From: Candidatus Latescibacterota bacterium
GTDB taxonomy: Bacteria > Latescibacterota > UBA2968 > UBA8231
NCBI GenBank assembly: GCA_965221775.1
Contig: CBDCSU010000005.1
Location: 1,056,001 to 1,120,000 of the forward strand
DNA: 64,000 nucleotides
Reading direction: 5' to 3'
This document shows positions 28,586 through 36,762 of the stretch, piece by piece. Numbering within the stretch: the first letter of the stretch is position 1; every line of letters starts with the position of its first letter. The translations under genes and the position numbers were made by a program. The notes beneath the pieces are model-generated. The model was given only the letters and a program-made list of their open reading frames with translations, searched no databases and was not told where the DNA came from.

Positions 28586-29725
28586 TCACGGCAGGCGCCA
28601 ACGCACCAGTTCCAGGCGCGTCTGCTCCGGAGACTCCCGGTACGAGTAGCAGGTCAGCAGCTCTTCATTCTCCAGCTCCACCGTGTTGCCGAACCCGCCT
28701 CCCTGGGCCAGGCCCCAGGGCGTGCGCCCCTCGATGGTGATCCGGTCCGCCGAGAAGTCCCAGGTCTCGCCGTCGTCGTGGCTGACCAGGGCCCGCAGGC
28801 CCAGAGGCTGGAAGGTGGACCGCTGGGTGTAGGTCAGTAGCACCCGCCCGTCCGCCAGCCGCAGGGCCCGCATGTAGTGCAAGCCGTAGTCCCCGAAGTC
28901 GCTCAGGCTCGACCAAGTGAGGCCGCCGTCGGCGGATCGGCACACCAAGGTCCGGTCGATGCCGTCGTCACCCGCGGGGACCGCGCGTCCGTCTTCCATG
29001 GGGAACATCGGGCTCGGGGGCCCGCAGCGGATCCAGTGGATGAGGTCGCCCCCGCGGGTCAGATAGTTGAAGTCCTCGCCGAAGAAGCCGTCGTAGTTGT
29101 CGTAGGGCCGCTCGCCGTAGTCGGGGATCGCCACCCGCCGGGTCTGGTCCCAGGTGACGCCTTCGTCCGTGGACCGCCACATCCAGGCCAAGGCCGAGTC
29201 CCCCAGGCTCACCCCGTAGAGCAGGGTCCCGTCGGGCCGCTCCACGACGTTGCGGCTGGTGTGCGTCCACTTCTCCTCCGGCTCGCCGCGGCGGGCCTCG
29301 CCCGTCAGCAGGAGCTTCGTCCGCTCCCAGGTGCGGCCGCCGTCGGTGGAGCGGTGCAGGTAGCTGTGGATGCTGCCGTCCTCGTTGCGGGCGTCCCTCT
29401 CCAGGATGTGGCTGCTGGAGAACAGAACGCCGGCGCTCGTGCAGGTCAGCCACTGCTCGCGGCCGATGACGTCATCGGCCACCTCGGGCTCCGTCCAGGT
29501 TCGGCCGCCGTCGACGGACCGCCGCAGGGGCATGGTCTCGGTCCAGGTGCCGGCCTCGGGGTCTCCCTTGTTGTCGAGGGAGACGAGGACCAGCTCGCCC
29601 CCGGGCAGGAGCGCCAAGCTCGGCTTGTACCCCTCCCCGAGGTCGAGGCGCTCGGCCTCGATCGTCCAGGTGCCCAGGCGGCGCGGGTGATCCACCCGGA
29701 TCGGCAGGTCGGTGGTCGGGTTCAT
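28586..29725 (-). CDS. BNR/Asp-box (sialidase-like) protein
   Basis: Asp-boxes SVDGGRTW, STDGGRTW, STDEGVTW, SADGGLTW, SHDDGETW. Confidence 0.88.
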   Translation of the reverse strand: MNPTTDLPIRVDHPRRLGTWTIEAERLDLGEGYKPSLALLPGGELVLVSLDNKGDPEAGTWTETMPLRRSVDGGRTWTEPEVADDVIGREQWLTCTSAGVLFSSSHILERDARNEDGSIHSYLHRSTDGGRTWERTKLLLTGEARRGEPEEKWTHTSRNVVERPDGTLLYGVSLGDSALAWMWRSTDEGVTWDQTRRVAIPDYGERPYDNYDGFFGEDFNYLTRGGDLIHWIRCGPPSPMFPMEDGRAVPAGDDGIDRTLVCRSADGGLTWSSLSDFGDYGLHYMRALRLADGRVLLTYTQRSTFQPLGLRALVSHDDGETWDFSADRITIEGRTPWGLAQGGGFGNTVELENEELLTCYSYRESPEQTRLELVRWRLP

Positions 29726-29815
29726 CTGGGGTCTCCTCGGGATCGGTGCCCTTGTTGCGGCCGTGGTGCCCTGCGTCTGAGGTTAGGGAAACCAGTTGCG
29801 CGTGGCATAGTTGCA

Positions 29816-29967
29816 GAACCCGACGACGAGATCGTGCTGGAAGCGTTGCCAACGGCCAGGCCGACGCGCTGCTCACCCACAACGTCAGGCACTTCGCGCC
29901 GGCGGTCCGGCGCTTCGGCCTGGGCACCCTGACGCCGGGCCGGTTGCTGGCGGAGATACCCGGATGA
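29816..29967 (+). pseudogene. C-terminal remnant of a PIN-domain toxin, frameshifted
   Basis: PDDEIVLEA, a frame change, then ANGQADALLTHNVRHF...TPGRLLAEI; N-terminus absent. Confidence 0.8.
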
Positions 29968-30209
29968 GCAACTCCGCATACCCCCTCAGGCTGCCCGCCT
30001 CCGTGAAGGCCGCGGCCCAGCGGCTCGCCAGCGAGGACGGGGTCTCCCTGAACCAGTGGATCGCATCGGCCGTGGCCCAGAAGATCGGCGCCGTCGAGAC
30101 CGCCGCGGAGTTCCTCCGGCGGCGCTCGGGCGATGCCGTGCCCGGGGACATGCTGCCCTTCCTCGAAACCGCGCCCGACGCCGCCCCGCCGCTGGAGGAC
30201 GAGCCCTGA
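29964..30209 (+). CDS. RHH (HicB-like) antitoxin
   Basis: MSNSAYPLRLPASVKAAAQRLASEDGVSLNQWIASAVAQK; ATGA overlap with the PIN remnant. Confidence 0.85.
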   Translation: MSNSAYPLRLPASVKAAAQRLASEDGVSLNQWIASAVAQKIGAVETAAEFLRRRSGDAVPGDMLPFLETAPDAAPPLEDEP

Positions 30210-31633
30210 CCCCCACCCGGCCGAACATCCTCCTCATCCTGATCGACGACCTGGGGTGGACCGACCTGGCCTGCTGCGGCAGCGAGTTCTACGAGACGCC
30301 CAACCTCGACCGGCTGTGCGGCGAGGGGATGCGCTTCTCCGACGCCTACGCCGCCGCGCCGGTCTGCTCGCCGACGCGGGCGAGCCTGCTCACCGGCAAG
30401 TACCCGGCCACCGTGGGCGTCACCGACTGGATCGACTGGCAGGGGCTGGTGCACCCGGCCCGGGGCGCCGTCGTCGACGTCCCCTACCTGAAGGACCTGC
30501 CCGCCTCCGAGCACTCCCTGGCCGCCGCCTTGTCCGACGCCGGGTACTCCACCTGGCACGTGGGCAAGTGGCACCTCGGAGGGCCGGGGCACCTGCCGGA
30601 GGATCACGGCTTCGAGGTCAACGTCGGCGGCGGCCACAGGGGCTCGCCCGGCGCCGGCGGCTACTTCAGCCCGTGGACGATCGAACCGCTCGCCGATGTC
30701 GACGTGCCCGAGGGCACCTACCTGACCGACTACCTCACCGACCGCGCCGTCGACCTGATCCGCCACGCCGGCGATCGGCCCTTCTTCCTCAACTTGTGGT
30801 ACTACAGCGTACACACGCCGATCCAGGCCAAGGCCGGGACGGTGGCGCGCTACGAGGACAAGGCGAAGGGCCTCGGTCTCGACCGCTTCGAGAGCTTCGC
30901 CGAGGGCGAGCCCTTCCCCTGCGAGCACAAGCGGAACCAGCGCGTACGCCGCCGGCTGCTGCACTCCGACGCGGTGTACGCCGCCATGATCGACGCCCTC
31001 GACGAGAACATCGGCCGCGTGCTCGACGCCCTCGACGAGACGGGCAAGGCCGGAGACACGCTGGTCATCTTCACCTCCGACAACGGCGGGCTGGCCACGT
31101 CGGAGGGCTCGCCGACCTGCAACGCCCCCCTGGCCGAGGGCAAGGGCTGGATGTACGAGGGCGGCACCCGCGAGCCCCTGATCGTGCGCTGGCCGGGGCG
31201 GCTCGCCGCCGGCAGCCGCTGCCGGGTGCCGGTGACCTCCCCCGACTTCTACCCGACGGTGCTCGACGCCGCCGGCCTGCCGCCGATCCCGGAGCAGCAC
31301 GTGGACGGCGTCAGCTTCCTGCCGCTCCTCGAAGGCGCCGGCGCCCTCGAACGGGAGGCGATCTTCTGGCACTACCCCCACTACGGCAACCAGGGAGGCA
31401 CCCCGGGCTCCTCGGTGCGCCGCGGGGACTGGAAGCTGATCGAGTTCTTCGAGGACGGACGGCGGGAGCTCTACAACCTGGCGGACGACTTGTCCGAGGA
31501 CCACGACCTGGCCGCGGAGAACCCCGACGTGGCGCGCGACCTGCACGAGGAACTGGCGGCCTGGCGGGAGACCGTGGCCGCGAAGATCCCGGCCCCCAAT
31601 CCCGGGCGGACGGGCAAGTCGAGGAAGGGATGA
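30206..31633 (+). CDS. Sulfatase (Cys-type); start codon uncertain
   Basis: PNILLILIDDLGW, CSPTRA, GKWHLG, TSDNGG, YEGG.R. Confidence 0.93.
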   Translation: MTPTRPNILLILIDDLGWTDLACCGSEFYETPNLDRLCGEGMRFSDAYAAAPVCSPTRASLLTGKYPATVGVTDWIDWQGLVHPARGAVVDVPYLKDLPASEHSLAAALSDAGYSTWHVGKWHLGGPGHLPEDHGFEVNVGGGHRGSPGAGGYFSPWTIEPLADVDVPEGTYLTDYLTDRAVDLIRHAGDRPFFLNLWYYSVHTPIQAKAGTVARYEDKAKGLGLDRFESFAEGEPFPCEHKRNQRVRRRLLHSDAVYAAMIDALDENIGRVLDALDETGKAGDTLVIFTSDNGGLATSEGSPTCNAPLAEGKGWMYEGGTREPLIVRWPGRLAAGSRCRVPVTSPDFYPTVLDAAGLPPIPEQHVDGVSFLPLLEGAGALEREAIFWHYPHYGNQGGTPGSSVRRGDWKLIEFFEDGRRELYNLADDLSEDHDLAAENPDVARDLHEELAAWRETVAAKIPAPNPGRTGKSRKG

Positions 31634-32661
31634 CCATGGGCAAGGAGACGGGAGGAGGGACGCTGCGAGCCGGCGTCATCGGCTGCGGCGGCCGCGGCCA
31701 TGCCCACGCCGAGGGCTACGCGGAGGACGAGCGCGTCACGATCGCCGCCTGCGCCGACCCCTCCGAGGAGGCCCGGACCGCCCTCGCCGAACGCTTCGGG
31801 GTGGAGCGGACCTGGGCCGACTACGAGGAGATGCTGGACCGGGAGCGCCTCGACCTCGTCAGCGTCTGCACCTGGCCCCACCTGCACCGGCCGATGATCG
31901 AGGCGGCCGCCGGCGGCGGCGCCCGGGCGATCCACGCCGAGAAGCCGATGGCCCCCACCTGGGGGGACGCCCGGGCCCTGCACGCGGCCTGCGAGGAGCG
32001 CGGGGTGCTGCTCACCTTCTGCCACCAGCGCCGCTTCGGCGACGGCTTCGCCACGGCGCGGGACCTGCTCCGCGACGGCGCCATCGGCCCCCTGCGCCGC
32101 TTCGAGGGCGTCTGCGCCAACCTCTTCGACTGGGGCACCCACTGGTTCGACATGATGTTCTTCTACAACGACGAGACCCCGGCGCGCTGGGTCATGGGCC
32201 AGATCGACGTCTCCGAGCACCGGGAGATCTTCGGCGTGCGGCTGGACACGAGCGGCCTGTCGTGGGTCCGCTTCGAGAACGAGGTCGAGGGCCTGCTGAC
32301 CACCGGCGACGCGGGCCACGCCGGACCGGCCAACCGCCTGATCGGCGAGGAGGGGGTGATCGAGGTGCAGGGCGGCGGCGGCGGCCTGCGGATGCAGCGA
32401 GGCGGCGGCTGGGAGGAGGTGGAGCACACCTCGGGGGTGCCGGCACCCCGACACACGATCGCCAGCGTCCGCGATCTGGTGGACTGCCTCCACAGCGGCG
32501 AGGAGCCGGAGCTGTCCAGCCGCAAGGCCCTGCAGGCGACGGAGCTGATCTTCGCCACCTACGAGTCGTCGCGCCGCCGCGGGCGCGTCGACCTGCCCCT
32601 GGAGGTGGAAGATTCCCCCCTGCTGAACATGCTCGAGGAGGGGGTGATCGGCGGCGGTTGA
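31630..32661 (+). CDS. Gfo/Idh/MocA oxidoreductase
   Basis: GVIGCGG, EKPMA, HQRRF, DWGTH. Confidence 0.92.
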   Translation: MTMGKETGGGTLRAGVIGCGGRGHAHAEGYAEDERVTIAACADPSEEARTALAERFGVERTWADYEEMLDRERLDLVSVCTWPHLHRPMIEAAAGGGARAIHAEKPMAPTWGDARALHAACEERGVLLTFCHQRRFGDGFATARDLLRDGAIGPLRRFEGVCANLFDWGTHWFDMMFFYNDETPARWVMGQIDVSEHREIFGVRLDTSGLSWVRFENEVEGLLTTGDAGHAGPANRLIGEEGVIEVQGGGGGLRMQRGGGWEEVEHTSGVPAPRHTIASVRDLVDCLHSGEEPELSSRKALQATELIFATYESSRRRGRVDLPLEVEDSPLLNMLEEGVIGGG

Positions 32662-32676
32662 GGCCCCGGCCGCCGG

Positions 32677-33633
32677 CTACTCCCGGCGCCGCAGCTCGAT
32701 GTCGCCGGAGAAGGTGGCCGCCTCGATGCGGGCGCCGCCGCCGCCGAGGGTGGCCCCCTCGATGTGGGCGCCGATGCGGGCGCCGAGGGTCAGGTCCCAG
32801 GCGCCGGGCTCCCGCTCTCCGCCGCCGAAGTCGCTGTCGATCTCCCCGGAGAACACCTCCAGCTCGACCTGGGCCCTGACCTCCGCGGGCAGCCGCAGGC
32901 CGATGTCGCCGCTCTTCGTCTCCAGCTTCAGGCGGCCGGCGGCGGCCAGGTCGCCTTCGAAGCCCAAGTCGCCGGTCAGGGACTCGGCGCTCCCCTTGCG
33001 CAGCGTGTCGACGCGGGCGTCGATGTCGCCGCTCACCGTGTCGATCTCGAACTCCCCGGCATCGAGACGGATCCAGATGGCGCCGCTCACCGACTTGGCC
33101 TCCACGCGCCCATCCGGGGAGCGCACCTCCAGGTCGCCGCTGACCGACGCCAGGTCGATCGCCTTCGAGCCGACATCGACGGCCACGTCGCCGCTGACCA
33201 CGTCCACCTCCAGGTCGCCGGTGAGCCCGGAGGCGGAGACATCGGCGCTCACGCACTCCACCTCCACCTCGCTGGCACGCGGGACCTGGACCACCAGGCG
33301 CGCCCTTCCGTGGTCCCTGAATCCCTCGAATCGGGAGTCGTGGATCACCTCCACCTCGATCGTCCCCCCGCGGCGCTCGAAGCGCAGCTCCTTCACGCCC
33401 CTGCCCAGGTGGCCGGTGACGGCGACCTCGTTCTGGTCCCAGGCCTGCACCTCGACGCGGCCCGAGATGTTGCTCACCTCGACCTTGCCGCGGGGATCGG
33501 CGTCCAATCGCTTCTCCACCGACTCCGCCGCGGCCCCCGCCGCGGTCAGCGCCCCCAGGAGAAGGACCCGAAGGCCGGGGCCCGGGCGGGGGCCGCGGAA
33601 GGCCGCCCGGGCGCCGCCGAGAGTGCTCTGCAT
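32677..33633 (-). CDS. DUF4097 beta-strand repeat protein, exported
   Basis: Repeated xVSGD motifs and a signal-like segment. Confidence 0.85.
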   Translation of the reverse strand: MQSTLGGARAAFRGPRPGPGLRVLLLGALTAAGAAAESVEKRLDADPRGKVEVSNISGRVEVQAWDQNEVAVTGHLGRGVKELRFERRGGTIEVEVIHDSRFEGFRDHGRARLVVQVPRASEVEVECVSADVSASGLTGDLEVDVVSGDVAVDVGSKAIDLASVSGDLEVRSPDGRVEAKSVSGAIWIRLDAGEFEIDTVSGDIDARVDTLRKGSAESLTGDLGFEGDLAAAGRLKLETKSGDIGLRLPAEVRAQVELEVFSGEIDSDFGGGEREPGAWDLTLGARIGAHIEGATLGGGGARIEAATFSGDIELRRRE

Positions 33634-33819
33634 GTTCATCTCCTCTCCCCGGTATCGACTCCGGAGGCCGGCTGGCCGGACCGTCCCGCCTCGCCTCCCC
33701 CAAGGAGGCTAATACGGATGGGATCCGCCGCAAAAGGGTCCCGCCCGCGCCTCTGCCGGTCAGCCATTTCCTATACTTGCGCGCCCCTGCTACCCACCCC
33801 CCGACGAAAGGAACCCTCC

Positions 33820-34566
33820 GTGAAAAGCCCCCGAGCGGTCGTGCGCAACTGGCGCGACAGCGAATGCTACCTCGGCCATGACAACGCCATCGTCTGGCCG
33901 ATCCTGAACCCCGCCGGCGACGGCTCGCCTTTCCGGTGCCTGACCCACCTGAGCGGCCTCGCCGGCCACTCCCTGCAGGGGGGCAAGAGCACCAACTACC
34001 ACGCCCACGCCGACTCCGAGCAGTACTACTACATCCTCTCCGGCCAGGCGGAGGTGCTCATCGGCACGGAGCGCCACGCCGTCAGCGAGGGATCGGTGGC
34101 CTACTTCCCTCCCGGGGTCTCGCACCAGCTCCTCGGCGAGACCAACCCCGACTGGATGCAGTACCTGATCATCACCTGCCCGGTGCCGGAGGGCCGGCGC
34201 GGCAGCGAGCCCCGGGTGCTGAACTGGCGCGACGCCCAGCCGAACATGGGCGTCCACGGCAACGCCGTGACCTGGCAGCTCCTGGAGCGGCTGGAGGCGG
34301 AGGAGCCGGTCACCGACCAGCCCTGCCTGCTCGCCTTCTGGTACCTGGCTCGGCAGGCCGTGGGCCGGGGCAAGGCCTCCGACTTCCACGTCCACAACGA
34401 CAAGGAGCAGGTCTACTACGTGCTGGAGGGAGAGGGCACGGTGGTCACCGGCTTCGACGCCCACCCGGTGAGGGAGGGCGACACTGTTTACCTGCCCATC
34501 GGCGTGCCCCACGCCATCCTCAACGACCGCCACGACGGCTGGCTCTCGTACCTCGTGATCAGCTGA
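33820..34566 (+). CDS. Bicupin protein
   Basis: Two cupin motifs: HAHADSEQYYYILSG...H and HVHNDKEQVYYVLEG...H. Confidence 0.88.
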   Translation: MKSPRAVVRNWRDSECYLGHDNAIVWPILNPAGDGSPFRCLTHLSGLAGHSLQGGKSTNYHAHADSEQYYYILSGQAEVLIGTERHAVSEGSVAYFPPGVSHQLLGETNPDWMQYLIITCPVPEGRRGSEPRVLNWRDAQPNMGVHGNAVTWQLLERLEAEEPVTDQPCLLAFWYLARQAVGRGKASDFHVHNDKEQVYYVLEGEGTVVTGFDAHPVREGDTVYLPIGVPHAILNDRHDGWLSYLVIS

Positions 34567-36188
34567 TGGCCTGGGACGTGCTGATCCGGGGGGGCCGCGT
34601 CGTCGACGGCAGCGGCAACCCCTGGTTCCGCGGCGACGTGGCCCTCGCCGGCGACCGCGTCGCCGCGGTGACCGCGCCGGGGGCCGTCCCGCCGGAGAAC
34701 GCCGGCGAGGTCGTCGACGCCGGGGACGCCGTGGTCTGCCCGGGCTTCATCGACATCCAGTCCCACTCGATCTATCCGCTGATGGCGGACGGCCGCTGCC
34801 TCTCCAAGATCACCCAGGGCGTGACCACCGAGATCATGGGCGAGGCCACCACCCCGGCGCCGGTGACCGGCCGCAACGAGGGCGGCATCGGCACCGCCGT
34901 TTACGGCGGCCTGCTGGCCGACTGGGTGGAGCCGGCGAAGAAGTGGACGCGCTTCCGCCACTGGCTGGAGGCGGTGGAGGCCGCCGGCACCTCGCCCAAC
35001 GTCGGCTCCTACCTCGGCGGCGGCACCCTGCGCAGTTGCGCCAAGGGGATGGACATGACCGCCGCCACGCCGGAGGAGCGGCGGCTCATGGCGCGGGTGG
35101 CGGCGGAGGCGATGGAGGACGGCGCCTTCGGCCTCTCGTACGCGCTGATCTACCCGCCCGACTGCTACGCCGACACCGGCGAGATCGTCGAGGTCTGCGA
35201 GGTCGTGGCCCGCTGCAACGGCAGCTACATCACCCACCTGCGGTCGGAAGGGGCGGAGATCTTCAGCGCCCTCGACGAGGCCTTCGAGATCGGCGTCCGC
35301 GCCGGTGTGCCGGTGGAGATCTACCACCTGAAGGCGGCGGGCCGGAACCACTGGGACAAGATGCCCGAGGTCATCGGCCGCATCGACCGGGCCCGCGCCG
35401 GCGGGCTGGACGTGGCCGCCGACATGTACCCCTACGACGCCTCGGGCACCGGCCTGACCGCGGTGCTGCCGCCGTGGACGGCGGAGGGGGGGAAGCTCTT
35501 CGAGCGTCTGGAGGACCCGGCCGAGCGCGAGAGGATCCGGCGCGCCGTCATCGACCCCGACGGCGGCTGGGAGCCGATGGTCACCGAGCACGGCCCCGAG
35601 GGGGTGATGCCGATCGGCTTCCGCAAGCCGGAGAACCAGGCGTACGTGGGCCGGCGCCTCTCCGAGATCGCCGCCGAGCGCGGCGAGGACTGGTTCGACA
35701 CCGTCTGCCACCTGCTGCTGTCGGAACGCCAGCGCATCGGCACGATCTACTACTCCATGACCGAGGACAACCTGCGCCTGCAGCTCGTCCAGCCGTGGGT
35801 CAAGATCTCCACCGACGCCGGCGGCGTCGACCCGGCCTGGGCGCGTGACCTGGGGCCGGTGCACCCCCGCGGCTACGGCACCTATCCGCGCGTCCTCGGC
35901 CGCTTCGTCCGCGACCTGGGGGTCCTGCCCCTGGAGGACGCGGTCCGCAAGATGACCTCGGCCGTGGCCGACCGTCTGGGCCTGCGCCAGCGGGGCCTGC
36001 TGCGCGAGGGCCTGCTCGCCGACGTGGTGATCTTCGACCCCGAGACGGTCTCGGACCGCGCCACCTTCGAGGAGCCCCACCAGTTGTCGACGGGGGTGCG
36101 CGATGTGTGGGTGAACGGCGGGCGGGTGCTTCGGGACGGGGAGCACACCGGGGCCACGCCGGGCCGCTTCGTGCGGCCCTGGAGCTGA
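34566..36188 (+). CDS. N-acyl-D-amino acid deacylase
   Basis: GGRVVDGSG, PGFIDIQSH, THLRSEG, HPRGYGTYPRVLG, ADVVIFDP. Confidence 0.93.
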   Translation: MAWDVLIRGGRVVDGSGNPWFRGDVALAGDRVAAVTAPGAVPPENAGEVVDAGDAVVCPGFIDIQSHSIYPLMADGRCLSKITQGVTTEIMGEATTPAPVTGRNEGGIGTAVYGGLLADWVEPAKKWTRFRHWLEAVEAAGTSPNVGSYLGGGTLRSCAKGMDMTAATPEERRLMARVAAEAMEDGAFGLSYALIYPPDCYADTGEIVEVCEVVARCNGSYITHLRSEGAEIFSALDEAFEIGVRAGVPVEIYHLKAAGRNHWDKMPEVIGRIDRARAGGLDVAADMYPYDASGTGLTAVLPPWTAEGGKLFERLEDPAERERIRRAVIDPDGGWEPMVTEHGPEGVMPIGFRKPENQAYVGRRLSEIAAERGEDWFDTVCHLLLSERQRIGTIYYSMTEDNLRLQLVQPWVKISTDAGGVDPAWARDLGPVHPRGYGTYPRVLGRFVRDLGVLPLEDAVRKMTSAVADRLGLRQRGLLREGLLADVVIFDPETVSDRATFEEPHQLSTGVRDVWVNGGRVLRDGEHTGATPGRFVRPWS

Positions 36189-36762
36189 GCCGCGGGAGTC
36201 CCGCCATGGGGAAGGCAGGCATCGCCCTTCACCGGGCGGCGGGTGCTGCGAGACCGGGAGCCACCGGCGCTACGAGGGGTTCCGCCATGAGGAAGGCAGG
36301 CCTCGCCCTTCGCCGGGCGGCGGGTGCTGCGCGACGGGGAGCACACCGGGGCCACCCCCGGCCGCTTCGTGCGGCCCTGGAGCTGAGCCGCCAGGAGTCC
36401 CGCCATGCGCAAGGCAGGCATCGCCCTTCACCGGGCGGCGGGTGCTGCGAGACCGGGAGCCACCGGCGCTACGAGGGGTTCCGCCATGAGGAAGGCAGGC
36501 ATTGCGCTTAACCGGGCGGCGGGTGCTGCGAGACCGGGAGCCACTGGCGCCACGAGGGGTTCCGCCATGGGGAAGGCAGGCATCGCCCTTCGCCGGGCGG
36601 CGGGTGCTGCGAGACGGGGAGCCACCGGCGCTACGAGGGATTCCGCCATGAGGAAGGCTGGCATTGCGCTTCGCCGGGCGGCGGGTGCTGCGAGACGGGG
36701 AGCCACCGGCGTTACGGGAAGTCCCGCCATGAGGAAGGCTGGCATCGAGCGCCGGGCGGCGG
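36121..36762 (+). repeat. Tandem array of 81-bp units at a gene junction, including a second copy of the deacylase 3' end (36319-36407)
   Basis: CCGCCATG recurs with ATG at 36206, 36287, 36405, 36486, 36567, 36648 and 36729 (spacing 81, 118, 81, 81, 81, 81). Confidence 0.95.

Noticed and set aside
36190-36762. Possible CRISPR array
   Set aside because: Units are similar along their whole 81 bp with no unique spacers, they derive from the flanking genes, and no cas genes are present.
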